Source: the human T2T-CHM13v2.0 reference genome, Homo sapiens
Reading direction: 5' to 3' (one strand)
Assembly (NCBI RefSeq): GCF_009914755.1
Contig: NC_060946.1
DNA length: 64,000 nt
Shown: piece after piece, positions 45,302 through 63,790 of the stretch
How positions within the stretch are numbered: position 1 is the stretch's first letter
Layout: every line of letters starts with the position of its first letter
Notes under the pieces: generated by a model
What the model was told of the DNA's origin: nothing
What the model saw: only the letters and a program-made list of their open reading frames with translations
Database searches by the model: none
Made by a program: the position numbers and the translations under genes

Positions 45302-48300
45302 TATTTACTCTATGCCAGGCAGTAGGCTAAGGAAGGATTTGGGACACCATGACAAACAACACAGAAGTAACCCCTATCTTAATGGAACTTAAAATCTAGT
45401 TGATTAAACCATTACTTACAAAAGTACAATCTAACTTCAGGATTGTAATTAATTATAAATGCATTTATTTGTTTACTGCCTGACTTCTTTGCTAGCCTAT
45501 AAACTACACAAAGATGAGGGTTATGTCTCCTCCATTTCACACACTGGCAAAGCATATAGCAGAATACATCATATATTTGTTAAATGTATTGATTAGTGTT
45601 ACAACAGACAATTGCATGTGCTATGGAAGCGTTTGGCAGAGAGATCTAATCTAATCTTGGAAGGTGAGGATCCTGGCCATCACTAACTTGGAATTTCTGA
45701 TACTGATGATATAAGGTTGAGTTATGTCTTCATGAAACAGGTCTCTATACAGCATATAAACAACTACCAGCATGCACAGGGGTTCCGTAGGGACTATTTA
45801 AAATACTTAAGGGAACAAACGGTTTTCAAGCTCAGTCTAGTATTTCAGAAATTCCATTTACATAAACAATTGGTGCACTAATTGCAAATCATTCTTATTT
45901 CTCTCCTAAAGCAGGATCCCCTAAGGATCTTTATTAGGCATTCTATTAGCCTAGTTTGAGTTACAGTATTTACTTAAAAGTAATAACAGTGAAGTTCTTG
46001 AAAAATATTTGGTAATTCAGACATTTTACTAATTCAAACTAATCTTCCTCATTAGTCTACGTTGTTAGAGGTTTAACCATTGTATTAAGAGAAAGTATCA
46101 AAGGCTTCACTTAGAGTAATAGTCACCAAATTTTTTTGCAAGACACCTTGGTAGCAGGAACCTGAGCTAACATCAGGAGGTAGGTAGAAATAGAAAATAA
46201 AGGAATGACAATTTGAAGAGCAACTGCAATCCAATTTAGTCCAACAGATGACACACATATGAAGTCACATTCAAATTATAAGCAGAGCACAAAAATATTT
46301 TAGATCCTTATCTTTTGATTAACCTGGTATCATTCAGGGAAAAATGTCAGGGAACACCACTGACCAGCAGTCCTCTCTTATCTATTTTGCAGATCTTATC
46401 TATTTTTCTCCCTGAGAACCAGCCCTGGACACAAACTGCATAAACATCAATGAGCCTAGACAGGGTCTTCATGTGTGTTTGGCCTGCCATTGTTCTCTGT
46501 ACCAGTACGGAGATTTAGTAACACACTGGTCACATTCATGGGGCATCTTGAACTCTCTTGACATGGTAAATGAACAGCAGGTCCTGTTCCCATGCCAAAA
46601 GCAAACAAAAACCTGTCACCAGCAAGGAAGACACCCAGTCTCTCCAAAGGATGCCAAAGTCCACATCCAGCCTCCTTTGCAGAGCCTCACAAATCTCTCG
46701 GATGCAGGCAGGATGATCACGGGCTAGGGAAGATTATGCTCTGAATGTCTTAAGAGATTAGTTACTTAAAATCCTCCACATGACTTCAGTCATCCCCGTT
46801 GCAGATCACAGAGTAAAAAGCCTACCTGATTAAAGCTGAATGCCTATACATTTGCAAAAGGGAAAATATGCAGAAGAAAACGAGAGTCAGATACTGATGG
46901 GCATAGCACCAGCTCTAGGACATCAGAGGTGTTGAATAAATGATGACAAGGAGACACACATAGTTCTGATATATTCACCATAAATACCACAGTCCTCAAG
47001 GCTCTCTCAATTACTTACTTCCCCCCAAATCAGAGACTGAATCTGGCCTTATCTTCAAATGAGGCCCAACTCTCCCCAAATTCCAAATATGGGAAATTAC
47101 AGCTCCTCTGTGGTAGGGGGAAGAGTGGGAAGGCGAATGTTTGTATTGCATAACGTTTTAATTAAAACAAAGATGACGTGCACCAGAGTCTCTTTCTCAT
47201 CTCCTGTTAGGGGCGTTTTCCAGTACTACTTCCACCCTTTACCCACCCAGGTCACCATGGTCTTTTTCTTCCCTCTAGGACAATTCACCTTTAAAATAAG
47301 AGGATTGGGCAAGAAATCTACAAAGATTTTTCCAAAATGAACTCAGGCCTAGAGGCATATTAGTTCTCTATCTTGTTGCTCCCTTCTAGAAGTGCACAGT
47401 TCAGAGGGATGCCCAGCCACAGAGGTGCCAAAACGCAGAGCTGGAACCAATCACCTGCTCCAACAGAGACAAGGTGAAAGCACTGGGCAGGGTGCTCAGA
47501 ATGTGCTCTTGCTTCTTTGTAATGAAATATCAGAAGACAGATTGTAACATTGTTCAGCAAGCTATTTTTTGTACTGAAACATCAGAAGGCATTATGAAAC
47601 TGTTCAGCAAATCATCTCTAAACAATGTCATAAAGGGTTACCTAGTTTGGGGTAAGCCCGGAATGAATATCTGCACCATCATTCCTCCCGCTAACAAACA
47701 TGTCCATCTATGTGAAGCATAATTCCCAACACACCACCATCTCCAAACCAACACCAAACCACTGCCAAACAAAGCTGAAGAGGAAAACCAGAAAGGTCTC
47801 CGAGAAGTGCTGCTTGCAGGGAGAAGAATGGCCCTGCACAGAGGCTCCTGAGGGCAGCAGGTGCCTGCTTTGGAGCCTTGGCAATTTCCACCAGGCAGAA
47901 TTTACAACCGTCTGGGACCTGCAGTCTCAGAGGGCTCACGGAGAAGGGGGAAGCTCTTGGCTACCCGGGAGGTCACCAGTGACTCTGAGCAAAGTGCAGA
48001 TCAATGCCTGCTTAGGGTTAACCCCAGGCTGGGAGAGGGCATCTGGCAAGGAACAGACCTGGAAGAGCCTGCCCCTCTTTGAGCTGCTACAGCAGCTTCT
48101 GGGAATTTGTAAGAGCCATACTGATGAGGGTCCCACACCCTCCCTTGCCAGGGCGCCCTCAGGGAGGCCACACTGCAGGAGGCAGAGTATGAGGTGGGGA
48201 AGATGGATCGGCCTTATCCTCACCACCCCCCATACGAGTCTCCTCTGGTATGGATGGTGTCTCCTCTCTGGTGGGAAGTATGTGATTTCTCTATTTCTAT

Positions 48301-48994
48301 TTCTCTTTTGTTCGGGCTTCCTAGAAATTCAGAGCTAGGTGTGAAATTCCCAATTCCCACAGACAAGCAACATCCCCAGCAGTAATAAGGACGTTCCACA
48401 CACCCAGGACTTGGGATATTTGTGTATTTTCAAGAATAAAAGTTTGCCCTTTAGCCTCCTCAGAGCCCCCTCCCTTCTCCTCGCTCTCCCCTTACCACTG
48501 CTATTCATCATCTTACTCCTACAGATACCCCCTCTTCGTGGTGGCACCGGGCATTGGTAACTCATGGCTGTAAAGGAGAGCTGAGAACAAAACAGGAAGA
48601 AAAGAGGTTAAGTAATGGCAAGAAAAAAGATGTACCTTAGGAATAAAAAAGAGTTCCCGAATGTCACAGTGTATTTAATTAATGCTTCTATTTATTAAAG
48701 ATTAAAAATACATATCAGGTGACGACTTAAAATGTTAGTCATGATTTTAACTGTGAATTCTGTGGCACCGGAGATAACAGAACAATGAGTGCTTGTAGAA
48801 GGCACTCGGTTATTTGTTGAATGAACTTCTTGGGAAAGCCTTCTTAGGAAAGTATTAGAAGTAGATTCTGCTAAAACAGGGGCTACCCTCAGAGGTCTCA
48901 GGACAAGGGATAGAAAGTCAAACACTGATGTTTAAGAAGGGATGCCTATGACACATGAATCCCACAGCCATCTCTCCAGAAGAGCAACTATTTT

Positions 48995-49350
48995 GACTGC
49001 GCATGCGGGAAGATGGCGGGCCGGGCGACTTGAGATCCGCGGGTCTCCCTGCTCCTTTTCCGTCTGCGTCGGGAGCTCCCGGGCACGTGAGGCCGTGCCG
49101 CGTTTACTGGCGGGAGGGACGGCCTAGCCGGGCGACGCCTCGGAGGAGGCCGCGGACCCCTTAGGTGCTGGGCCCTTGGAAATCGGCGCGTGGGGGGCGG
49201 TGCTCGAGCTGAGCGCGAGAGGCCGGGAGAGCTCGTGGGGTGCGAGGGGAGCAGGACGCCCGGCCGGGCAGCATGAGTCAGCAGCGGCCGGCGAGGAGAT
49301 TACCCAGTCTCCTCCTGCACCCGACGGAGGAGACCCCATCAACGTGGAGG
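48995..49350 (+). promoter_or_regulatory. CpG-island-like 5' end of the E2F6 retrocopy with NRF1 and YY1 motifs
   Basis: TGCGCATGCG 48998-49007 (NRF1-like), AAGATGGCGG 49010-49019 (YY1); many retained CpGs. Activity is untested. Confidence 0.4.
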
Positions 49351-51217
49351 GCCTGCTGCCATCAAAAATAAGGATTAATTTAGAAGATAATGTACAATAT
49401 GTGTCCATGAGAAATCTGCTCCCGGGGGTATTCTTGACTTAAACAAGGTTGCAACGAAACTGGGAGTCCGAAAGCGGAGAGTGTATGACATCACCGATGT
49501 CTTAGATGGAATCGACCTCGTTGAAAAGAAATCCAAGAACCATATTAGATGGATAGGATCTGATCTTAGCAATTTTGGAGCAGTTCCCCAACAAAAGAAG
49601 CTACAGGAGGAACTTTCTGACTTATCAGCAATGGAAGATGCTTTGGATGAGTTAATTAAGGATTGTGCTCAGCAGCTGTTTGAGTTAACAGATGACAAAG
49701 AAAATGAAAGACTAGCATATGTGACCTATCAAGACATTCATAGCATTCAGGCCTTCCATGAACAGATCGTCATTGCAGTTAAAGCTCCAGCAGAAACCAG
49801 ATTGGATGTTCCAGCTCCCAGAGAAGACTCTATCACAGTGCACATAAGGAGCACCAACGGACCTATCGATGTCTATTTGTGAGAAGTGGAGCAGGGTCAG
49901 ACCAGTAACAAAAGGTCTGAAGGTGTCAGGACCTCTTCATCTGAGAGCACTCATCCAGAAGGCCCTGAGGAAGAAGAAAATCCTCAGCAAAGTGAAGAAT
50001 TGCTTGAAGTAAGCAACTGATGGCATTTGAGAATTTATGTATCACTGAGTTTTTTGGGAATATCTTCCTGGAGAATTACGCATCAAATTTGATTCTCAGA
50101 GCAATAAATTATCCATGAAGTGCTCTCGTTCTCAGTAGCAGCATCATGGCCAGTAGTGTCTTTGAGGAGTTCACCACTTAGATTACTGAGTAATTGTGGT
50201 TTCCACATTTGAAAACAACTCCTTTTATAATTATTCACTGCTTTTTGTCAGTGAAATAGACATCTTGCCTCCTGAAGTAGCTTCATCACAGAGTGTCATG
50301 AAGACAGACAGTCAGGCTGAAAAGGACAGTTCTTTGTGGACTCTACCCTTCCCTTCAAGGAGTATGTCATATGTCACAAAAGAAATTGCCTTACACTGGT
50401 TCATGTTTGCAGTTACTGTTGTACATTGCATAGATGTACACACGAATTTAAATGTGATGTCTTTGTATATATCTGTATAATGTTGAGATTACTTACGAAA
50501 TATGTCTGAGTGACACTTTTCACTGTCGTACAGCCAAAATAATGTATATATGGAAAGTGACAGACAAATTCTCTAATCTCTTTGGTATCTATAACTTATT
50601 AGAATCCTCTGGATGAGGGTTAGAAGAGACTTTTTCCAAACTTCTACATGTAGAAGTATCATAAATGTGCTACACATTTATGTTTGTGGATTTAATTAAA
50701 GTATTTTAATATGGTTTTCAGTGCTAAAATTGGAGTCAGATACTTCTTGGTTTTAAGCTGTCTACCTAATTGCTGTCTCCCAACAGATCGGTGGCATGCC
50801 CAGTGGCTTTGGGGGCAAGGATAGAAATGTCATCAGGAAATAGCTGAATTCATTGTGAAACATGAATTCAGTCATGGTGATAATTGGAAACTCCTTTCAG
50901 GTTTTTGCAAGTAGATTTTGTAATGTTTGTGTATGCAGCCTTGCTGTTGAGTCAGTCCAAGGGGTTTTACTTAGGACAAGTTGTACCTTGCCCTCTCTCC
51001 AGCTCTGCTCCCACATTTTCACATACCTAGCTATTTCTACCTCATTGGGTAAGTCATTTACCACTCTGTGCCTCAGTTTACTCTGTAGTTTACCATTAGA
51101 CTGTGAGCTCCTTGAGGGACTTTGTCATAATCACTGTTACATCCCAGTGCCTCACACCATGCCTGGCCCTTAAGAAGTGCTCAATAAATGTCTGAACAAA
51201 AAAAAAAAAAAAAAAAA
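48995..51217 (+). pseudogene. E2F6P: E2F6 processed pseudogene (E2F6P-type), full-length retrocopy
   Basis: Intronless E2F6 sequence: GC-rich 5'UTR, ATG 49273 (MSQQRPAR), RRVYDITDV..., natural stop TGA at 50018-50020 (ELLEVSN*), 3'UTR, AATAAA 51183-51188, poly(A) from 51198. TSD AAGAGCAACTATTTT at 48980-48994 and 51218-51232. Disabled by two deletions and a TGT>TGA stop at 49880-49882. Confidence 0.96.
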
Positions 51218-52054
51218 AAGAGCAACTATTTTAAAAATCAGGTCTAAAGATGAGCCATCCAAGAAACTGCTCTTGCTCCCAGAGGTTTTAAAGAAAGTCA
51301 TTCCCATGAACGTGAGAAGTAACCCAACACTTTGAAATGATAATCTTTTTACAGCAATAACTGTTGCTGCAGGGCTTGAGAAAAAAAGTTCTCTTCCTTT
51401 GGGTTAAAGTCTTAAATGCTGAGCCCGTAGCCAGCAACCTTAAAGACTACTCGGGTCCAGTTCATTCTATCTGGAGGAGTCACTTGGGAATTGAAAACAC
51501 AGGAAAACTTTTTTTCTGGTCCATGAACAAACAAGAACACTTAACTGAATTAGACACAAAACTAAGTATTTATGGTTGTCATCTTAACAGGTTTCAAACA
51601 GGCTTCATTTTAATTTAACATAATTTCAAAATTATAGCAAAATAGTCAATAAAATACGAACGTGCTTAATTTGATGAATTTATGTGTTTTTTGAAGAAAA
51701 TATGCAGAATAAACAAGTCAATTATTCTCACTAAATACATTAAGATTTAAGGGTAATATTTTTATTATGACTTGCTCTCCTGATACAGCAAAATTTATTG
51801 TTATATAGTTATGGAAGGAGGCTCACTACTCCCCAATGATTTCACAAATTACAGCTTCAGCCAGCTATAAAATAACCAAATCAGTTCTGATATAGCCATA
51901 AAATTAAGCCTGAAAAAATAGTGAAGTAAATCATCCCTTTAAAATCAAGTTGTTGAACAATATGTTCTGCATGATTCCATTTATGTCAGAAAAAATATAT
52001 TTGTGTAAGTATATACACAGAAAAGGGTCTGGAAGAATATATACCAAACTATAA

Positions 52055-52773
<719 letters not shown>

Positions 52774-53834
52774 TTAATTAATTAAAGCAAACAAATATAA
52801 GCTACCTCCTGAAGTAGAAACCAGTATCTCTTCACCTTACCTTTACATAATACTTTACCCTAATGCATTTTATCTGCTGTTCTAAATCATGACTTACTTC
52901 AAATCAAATCTTAAGTGAAAATCAAGATTTCCTTTTGGGGGCATTATACAAAAAAGACTGTAAAATTTCATTCTCTGAAAGTCTTTTTAAAAAGGGATAG
53001 ATTGTATCTGGCTGGGATAGGGTAGGTGTGATCGGACCCGGAGGAAATGATGGCTGCTCAACTCTGCATCTCCTTTCCTCACCCTGCTGAAAAGTGCCAC
53101 CTAGCATGGTCAATCAAGGTCACCAATGCAAAGCAGTAGTGGGCAAACACCACCCAGGTTATCCAAAGCAGCACATGGGGTTGGGAAACTGATGACCTTG
53201 GAGATTTCAAAATCACCTAACAATAACCCCGCCTTCCCTAACCACAGGGCTAAGCAACCTAATGGATCGAACATATGTGTGTTTTGGTCATCCGCAACCC
53301 AGACCACTAGACTAATTTTGCTTTAGAACTGGACTATATCAAGTGTGAACGATCATACTTGTTGTCATGTGGGAAAAAAGGTTTAATTACTCCCTAATTG
53401 TCTGGGAAACAAAAGATTTCAAAATACGGAGCTCCTGGGGGAAGGAGAGTTAATAAAATGGGTCCTTGAGAAGTGAAGTGGGAAGCCTGCCTCATGCCAT
53501 GGCACCAGCGATGCCACAGGTGTACCCAGTGCCCTGCCGAGAGCAGAGACGGTGTTCTCAGAGTTGCTATCAAAAAGGAGGCAGCAGACTGCATTCTGAA
53601 GCATCAGACAATGGGTCACATGCGGAAACAGAATTAAATACACAAAAATAGCACCAACTTAAGGCAAGCCTGGGCAAACTGCACTACATCAAAGAAAGAA
53701 CACACAACTGGTATCAGATTTTTTTTTCTGTTTTAATAAAGAGAAGGCCTGGACACCTGAAAGTTGACGGGAAGCAGGCATCACTAATTTCTCCGAGTTC
53801 ACAGTTTTGTTAGAATGTCTTTGCTCTGATTATG

Positions 53835-54359
<525 letters not shown>

Positions 54360-55408
54360 TGACTGCAGCAATTTTTACAAATCTACGCCCTTAGGGTTCC
54401 CATCCCAGGACGTTCAGGTTTCTCCACCCCTTTAGAAGTGCCCAGAATATCCCCTACCCCACAATTCCAACAGGACGTCACTCTCCTCTTACTTAAGAAA
54501 AATGCCTAAAATTCCAGCCCTTCCAAAAGGCCTTTCTAGATTGACCACTCAGGAGTTACTCTGGCCTCCCCTTCACTCCTGCTAGACTGAAAACAAGGAC
54601 AGACTTGCCTGGCCTCTCTCCCCCAGTAGACACCTACCCCCAGTGAACACATCCTGTCAGTGTCCTCCCGTCCATTTGCAAATTGATTGACTGTTTCATT
54701 GCTGGCCTTGGATGACCTCTCCTAGAGGGCAGGGATGGTGGTGTTCGGCAAAGCCTTGGTCGTCTGGATAATGGGAAATGGGGTCTTCTGGTGAATTTAA
54801 TTACAGGGTTAGGTGGAAACTTTGCTTCAACTCTCATTATTAGAAAGTCTATTGTAAAGCTTTTTAAAATACAACTGACCACTTTCCAGCGAGGGTAGAG
54901 TTAATATGCCTTAATCTTTGATTTAGGATCTTGCAGTGCCCCAGGCTCACCATTCTCTTCTGCTACTATAATTATAGATGCGGAAGACATACAGACTGGG
55001 CTGACGACTGCTTGGAAGCTAATTTCTAGAATAAACCCTTGCTACCACATCTTGTGATTTTTGCCCTTCTGAAGGTGGAGTTCCAAAATAAAAACAAAAT
55101 CCCGCTTAACTGAGGGTTCCAGTTGAGGGAGGTCTGCTGCCATGGTCTTTGTTAAGTGCCTGCCACCATGGCCCACAATTAGTCAGTTAATAAAGGGTTC
55201 TTGATGAGAGAATTTGGCAACATGTGATTTTCCACAAATATAAGCTTGATTTTGATGCAACCACTCATTTCTTTGAAAATCAGGGGGCATTCACACACAG
55301 GTGTTCTAGATTTCCTTACAGTAAAACCAACCCTTTACAAGGAATAGCTGTGTTCACTTTGAAGCAGTAAAGAAGCAGGTGTCCACTCATGGCAAATGAG
55401 GAACTCCC

Positions 55409-57650
<2,242 letters not shown>

Positions 57651-57669
57651 TAAAAAGTATACCCCCAAA

Positions 57670-58340
57670 TCCATACACTGGTGAGGAAGTGGAGAACGTG
57701 GAATCCTCACACACAGAATGTAAAATGGTACAGCTCTGGAGAACATTTTAGCAGTTTCTCAAAATGTTTAACGTAGCTACTACATGACCCAGCAATTCAA
57801 CTCCCAGATATACACCTGAGAGAACTGAAAGGATATGTCCACACAAAAATTTGCAGAGGAACTTGTACACACTTGTTCACAGTAGCATTATTCATAATAG
57901 CCCAAAGTGGCAAAAACGCAAATGTTCATCAACTGATGGACAAATAAAGCATGAACAACTGATGGACAAATAAAGTATATCATTCAGCATATAAGAAATG
58001 AAGTGCTAATACATGCTACAACAGGAATAGACCTTAATAACATTTTGCTAAATGAAAAAAGCCAAACAAAAGGTCACATGTTGTATGATTCCATTTACAT
58101 AAAAATACCTAGACTAGGCAAATCCATAGAGACACAAAGATCAGTGACTGCCCAGAGCCAGAGGGAGTGGTGAATGTGAAATGGCTACTAATGAGTACAG
58201 ACTTCTTTTTGAGGTATTGAACATGTTATGGAATCAGATGGTGGTGATCAATGCATAACTTTGTGAATATACCAAAAACCACATGAAAGGTACACTTTAA
58301 AAGCCTGAATTTTAAGGTATGTGAATTGTATCTCCATAAA
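57670..58340 (+). mobile_element. Old L1M 3' region
   Basis: GAATGTAAAATGGTACAGC...ATGACCCAGCAATTC...TTCATAATAGCCCAAAGTGG...TGTATGATTCCATTTACAT. Confidence 0.8.
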
Positions 58341-59102
58341 CCTGTGATTTTGTTAATATACGCTTATTTGCAAATGAATACATGGATAATGAGGAATAAT
58401 ATGAAAGGTTAATGACAACCTTGGTGATAGGGTACAGGAGACTGGGAGAGGAAGATAAGTGTTGAGGTAGAAGAAGACAAAAAATAAAAGGCTAAAACAA
58501 TAATCCAGGGCCAGAGGCCATGAGTTGGGAGATGGAGCAAGACGAAGTGTACAAAGAAATGAGCATAAATCATAAAAATGAGGGAACTAGGGTTGAAAAC
58601 TCCAGCAAGTAGTTTGTAATGGGGGAGATGAAGCAAACCTAAGTAACTGCAATGATTCAACGGAATTTGCAGAAAATGCAGAAGGGCGAGAAAAGCAATG
58701 AAAAAATGGATCAGAAGATTTAAAATTGGCTCTACCCCACCAAAGTTTTAAAAAGCAAGCAAGAAGAAAATTCAGTTGCTCCTGGGCAAGAATTCTTGGG
58801 CCCAGTGGGGTAGAACCAAACCATGATAAGGAGACACCAGTGTTTTGTAAGCAAGAGAATATATTAAGGAGAGAAAAGGGGCATTTATTGGGAGAAAAGG
58901 TCTCACTGTGATTGTTCTGGAATAAAGTAGCCCCATCGGACTGCCTCAGGAACTCATGGTGGAAGAGGTGCCACTGGAAAATGGCTAAGTCGGGATCTTC
59001 CCCAAGAACACTAGAAGAGACAGAGGAAGAATAGAAGAGCTTTAAATTTTAGCAGATATTTCTTTTTCTTGTTTAATTAAAATAAATCTTATTGACCTAA
59101 TA

Positions 59103-60010
59103 TTTTTGAGACTGGGCTCTTGCAATGCTCCCCAGACTGAACTCAAACTCCTAGGCTCAAGAGATTCTTCCACTTCAGCCTCCTGAAAAGCTGGCACTAC
59201 AGGTGCACACCACTGGGCCCAGCATAATGGCTATTTCTTGACAAATCTTGACAATGCCACCAGTATGTTTTTCTTTAGAGACAGAGTCTCGCTTTGTAGC
59301 CCAGGCTGGAGAACAGTGGTGTGATCCTAGCTCACTGCAGCCTCAAACACCTGGACTCAGGAGATCCCCCTGCCTCAGCCTCTCAGGTAGCTGAGACTAC
59401 AGGTGCGCACCACCACACTTGGCAAATTTTATTTTATTTTTTTTTATTATACTTTAAGTTCTAGGGTACATACACCTGGCTAATTATAAAATGTTTATCT
59501 GTACAGACAGGTTCTCGTTATGTTGCCCAGGCTGGTCTCGAACTCTCGGCCTCAAGCAATCCTCTCCTCCTCACCTTCCAAAGCCCCGAAATATGCCCAC
59601 ATCCAGCCTGCCACCAGTTTCTTTGCATACTTCTTTCCTAGGCTTGACCAAGACCTTTACTTTCTTCTGTGTACAGCTCAGCATTGAAAAAAAACAAAAA
59701 AGTTTAGGCTGGGCACAATGGGTCATGCCTGTAATCCCAACACTTAGGGTGGCCAAGGTGGGAGGTTTGCTTGAACCCAGGAGGTCCACACCAGCCTAGG
59801 CAAGATGGCAAGACCACATCTCTCCAAAACAATTTTTGTAAAATTAGCCAGGTGTGCTGGTGCGGGCCTGCAGTCTCAGCTAGTGAGAAGACTAAGGCAA
59901 GAGGAACCCTTGAACCCAGGAGTTCAAGGCTACGGTGAGCTGTGATCACCTCTCCAGCCTGGGTGATAGGGTGAGACCCAGTCTCTGAAAACAATTAAAA
60001 ATAAAAAAAG
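59103..60010. mobile_element. Old Alu/FLAM elements (-, 59103-59223; -, 59268-59585 with a mini-L1 insert; +, 59706-60010)
   Basis: Diverged Alu consensus. Confidence 0.8.
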
Positions 60011-61127
60011 TTGAATAATGAGTCTTCTTTTTAGAGGCAATGTATTTTTCCTCTTTTTGTTTTCCTTAGGCTATATGCACAATAGACAAAGTTGAAATTT
60101 AATCTTAATCTCGTAAACCCTTACTGTCCAAACACATCAAACTCAAAAAAAAAAAAAGACAAAAACAAAAAAGGTGAAAGGTGTACAAGAGAAAAAAGGG
60201 AAGTAATCTGTGCCAAATGTACATTCCTTCCACAATTTGGGACAAAAATGATGCCTACCTGGTCTCTGGGTGCCAAAATAAGACATTAGAGACACTCCCC
60301 TCCTTCAAGAAATAAAATTGGAATCAGACACTAAGATACAATTAAACAGACTTTGAAAGTTGGTATGCACTACTGGGAGGTGTCTCACAGCTGGCAGGGT
60401 CAACTGCAACTAGAAGAAAAGCTCCTAAGGGCAGAAACTAAGTGGCTCACTTCCTCTGTAACACTGCCGTGCCCAGCACTGTACCAGCACCCCAGCAGAG
60501 TCAACAACTTTCCGTCAAGCCACACACTTACGGTCTCATCGTCCAGTGGAGGCCGCAGATGAGACATAGTGTGCCAAATCCCAAATGCACAGGGTGCCAG
60601 ACAAGTCTGAGGGAGGCAGGAGGACTAGGGAAGCCTTCCAGGCAAGGTGATGCCTGAGCTGAGTTGTTTTTCTTTTGAGTTTGGAACATTAATTTAATCG
60701 GAGGAAAACAAGGGACATGAAAAGGGCAAGGAAATAAGAAAATGAGCTGAGTTTTGAAGGCAATGATCAGATGAAGTGAGAGAAGAATATTCCAGCAGAG
60801 GGAGACAAGGAGACTGCAGAGATTTCAAGGGGCCAAGAGCTGTTCAGTGCAGCTCAGTGAAGCACCTAAACAGAGGTGGGGGAAGGAGAACAGGGGTCAA
60901 AGCCCAGTATTGAAGTGTTCTGGATACCAAGCTAAGGAGACCTTATTACGAAGGTACTGGGGCTGCTGAAGGGTTTAAATGGGAGAGTGATTGTGAACAG
61001 ATTAATAGTTTGGAAAGATACAGGCAGAAGTAAACCTCTGGATTTAACCAAAAAATAAAGGACAGAACCACAATGAAGATGTTGGAAAAGATCAGGAAAA
61101 ACACTGTTAAAAGATATTCACTCTCGG

Positions 61128-63265
<2,138 letters not shown>

Positions 63266-63414
63266 CAGGAGAGCAGGAATCTTCAGTGATCCACGGGCAG
63301 ATCTGCCGCCATTGTGGGCACCTGTTCCTCCCGCAACCTTTGTGCCCGCCTCTCTCCTTCCAGTACCTATTGCATGACCCCCCACGTCTGCCTCCCGCCA
63401 TTGCCAGCAAGTGC

Positions 63415-63790
63415 CTCGCGTGGGTACCTGGCTGCGCTTATTAATCCGTTAAGCTCGCTCTGTCACGGGCGCCGTGATGTGCTCACGCGCCCGCTCCCTC
63501 AGGTTTAAAAGGCGCGTTGCCCGGCAACAGAAGAAACTGCTGGCTTAGCCGTTGGCCGAGTTGGCGGCTGGACGAGGACGCTCAGAGCCCAGCTCTCGAG
63601 AGTTCAAGCAACCAACGGTTCCCCACTGCTCCCAGGAGCGGTTACCTGGGCACTCTGTGCCCCTCCTTCCTGTTCGGGCCCAGGCCGAGGACCTGCCAGT
63701 AGGGCTCAGTTGCCTGGAGCCCGTTCAGCCCATCCCCCAGTTCACTTTGCCTGTGGGATCTCCCCGTTGCTCCTGCCCGTGGACTGAGTG
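63415..63790. promoter_or_regulatory. CpG-rich promoter with RFX X-box, TATA-like element and clustered MYB motifs
   Basis: High CpG density; TTTAAAA 63504-63510; palindromic GTTGCCCGGCAAC 63516-63528; YAACKG motifs (either strand) at 63446, 63549, 63613, 63707 and 63764. Confidence 0.6.

Noticed and set aside
47700-48338. 212-aa ORF, the longest in the window
   Set aside because: No recognisable domain or coding-like composition; it sits in presumed intronic sequence.
49481-49882. 133-aa E2F6-like ORF as a functional truncated protein
   Set aside because: It starts at GTG inside a processed pseudogene, downstream of two frameshifts, lacks most of the DNA-binding domain and ends at a premature TGA; there is no evidence of translation.
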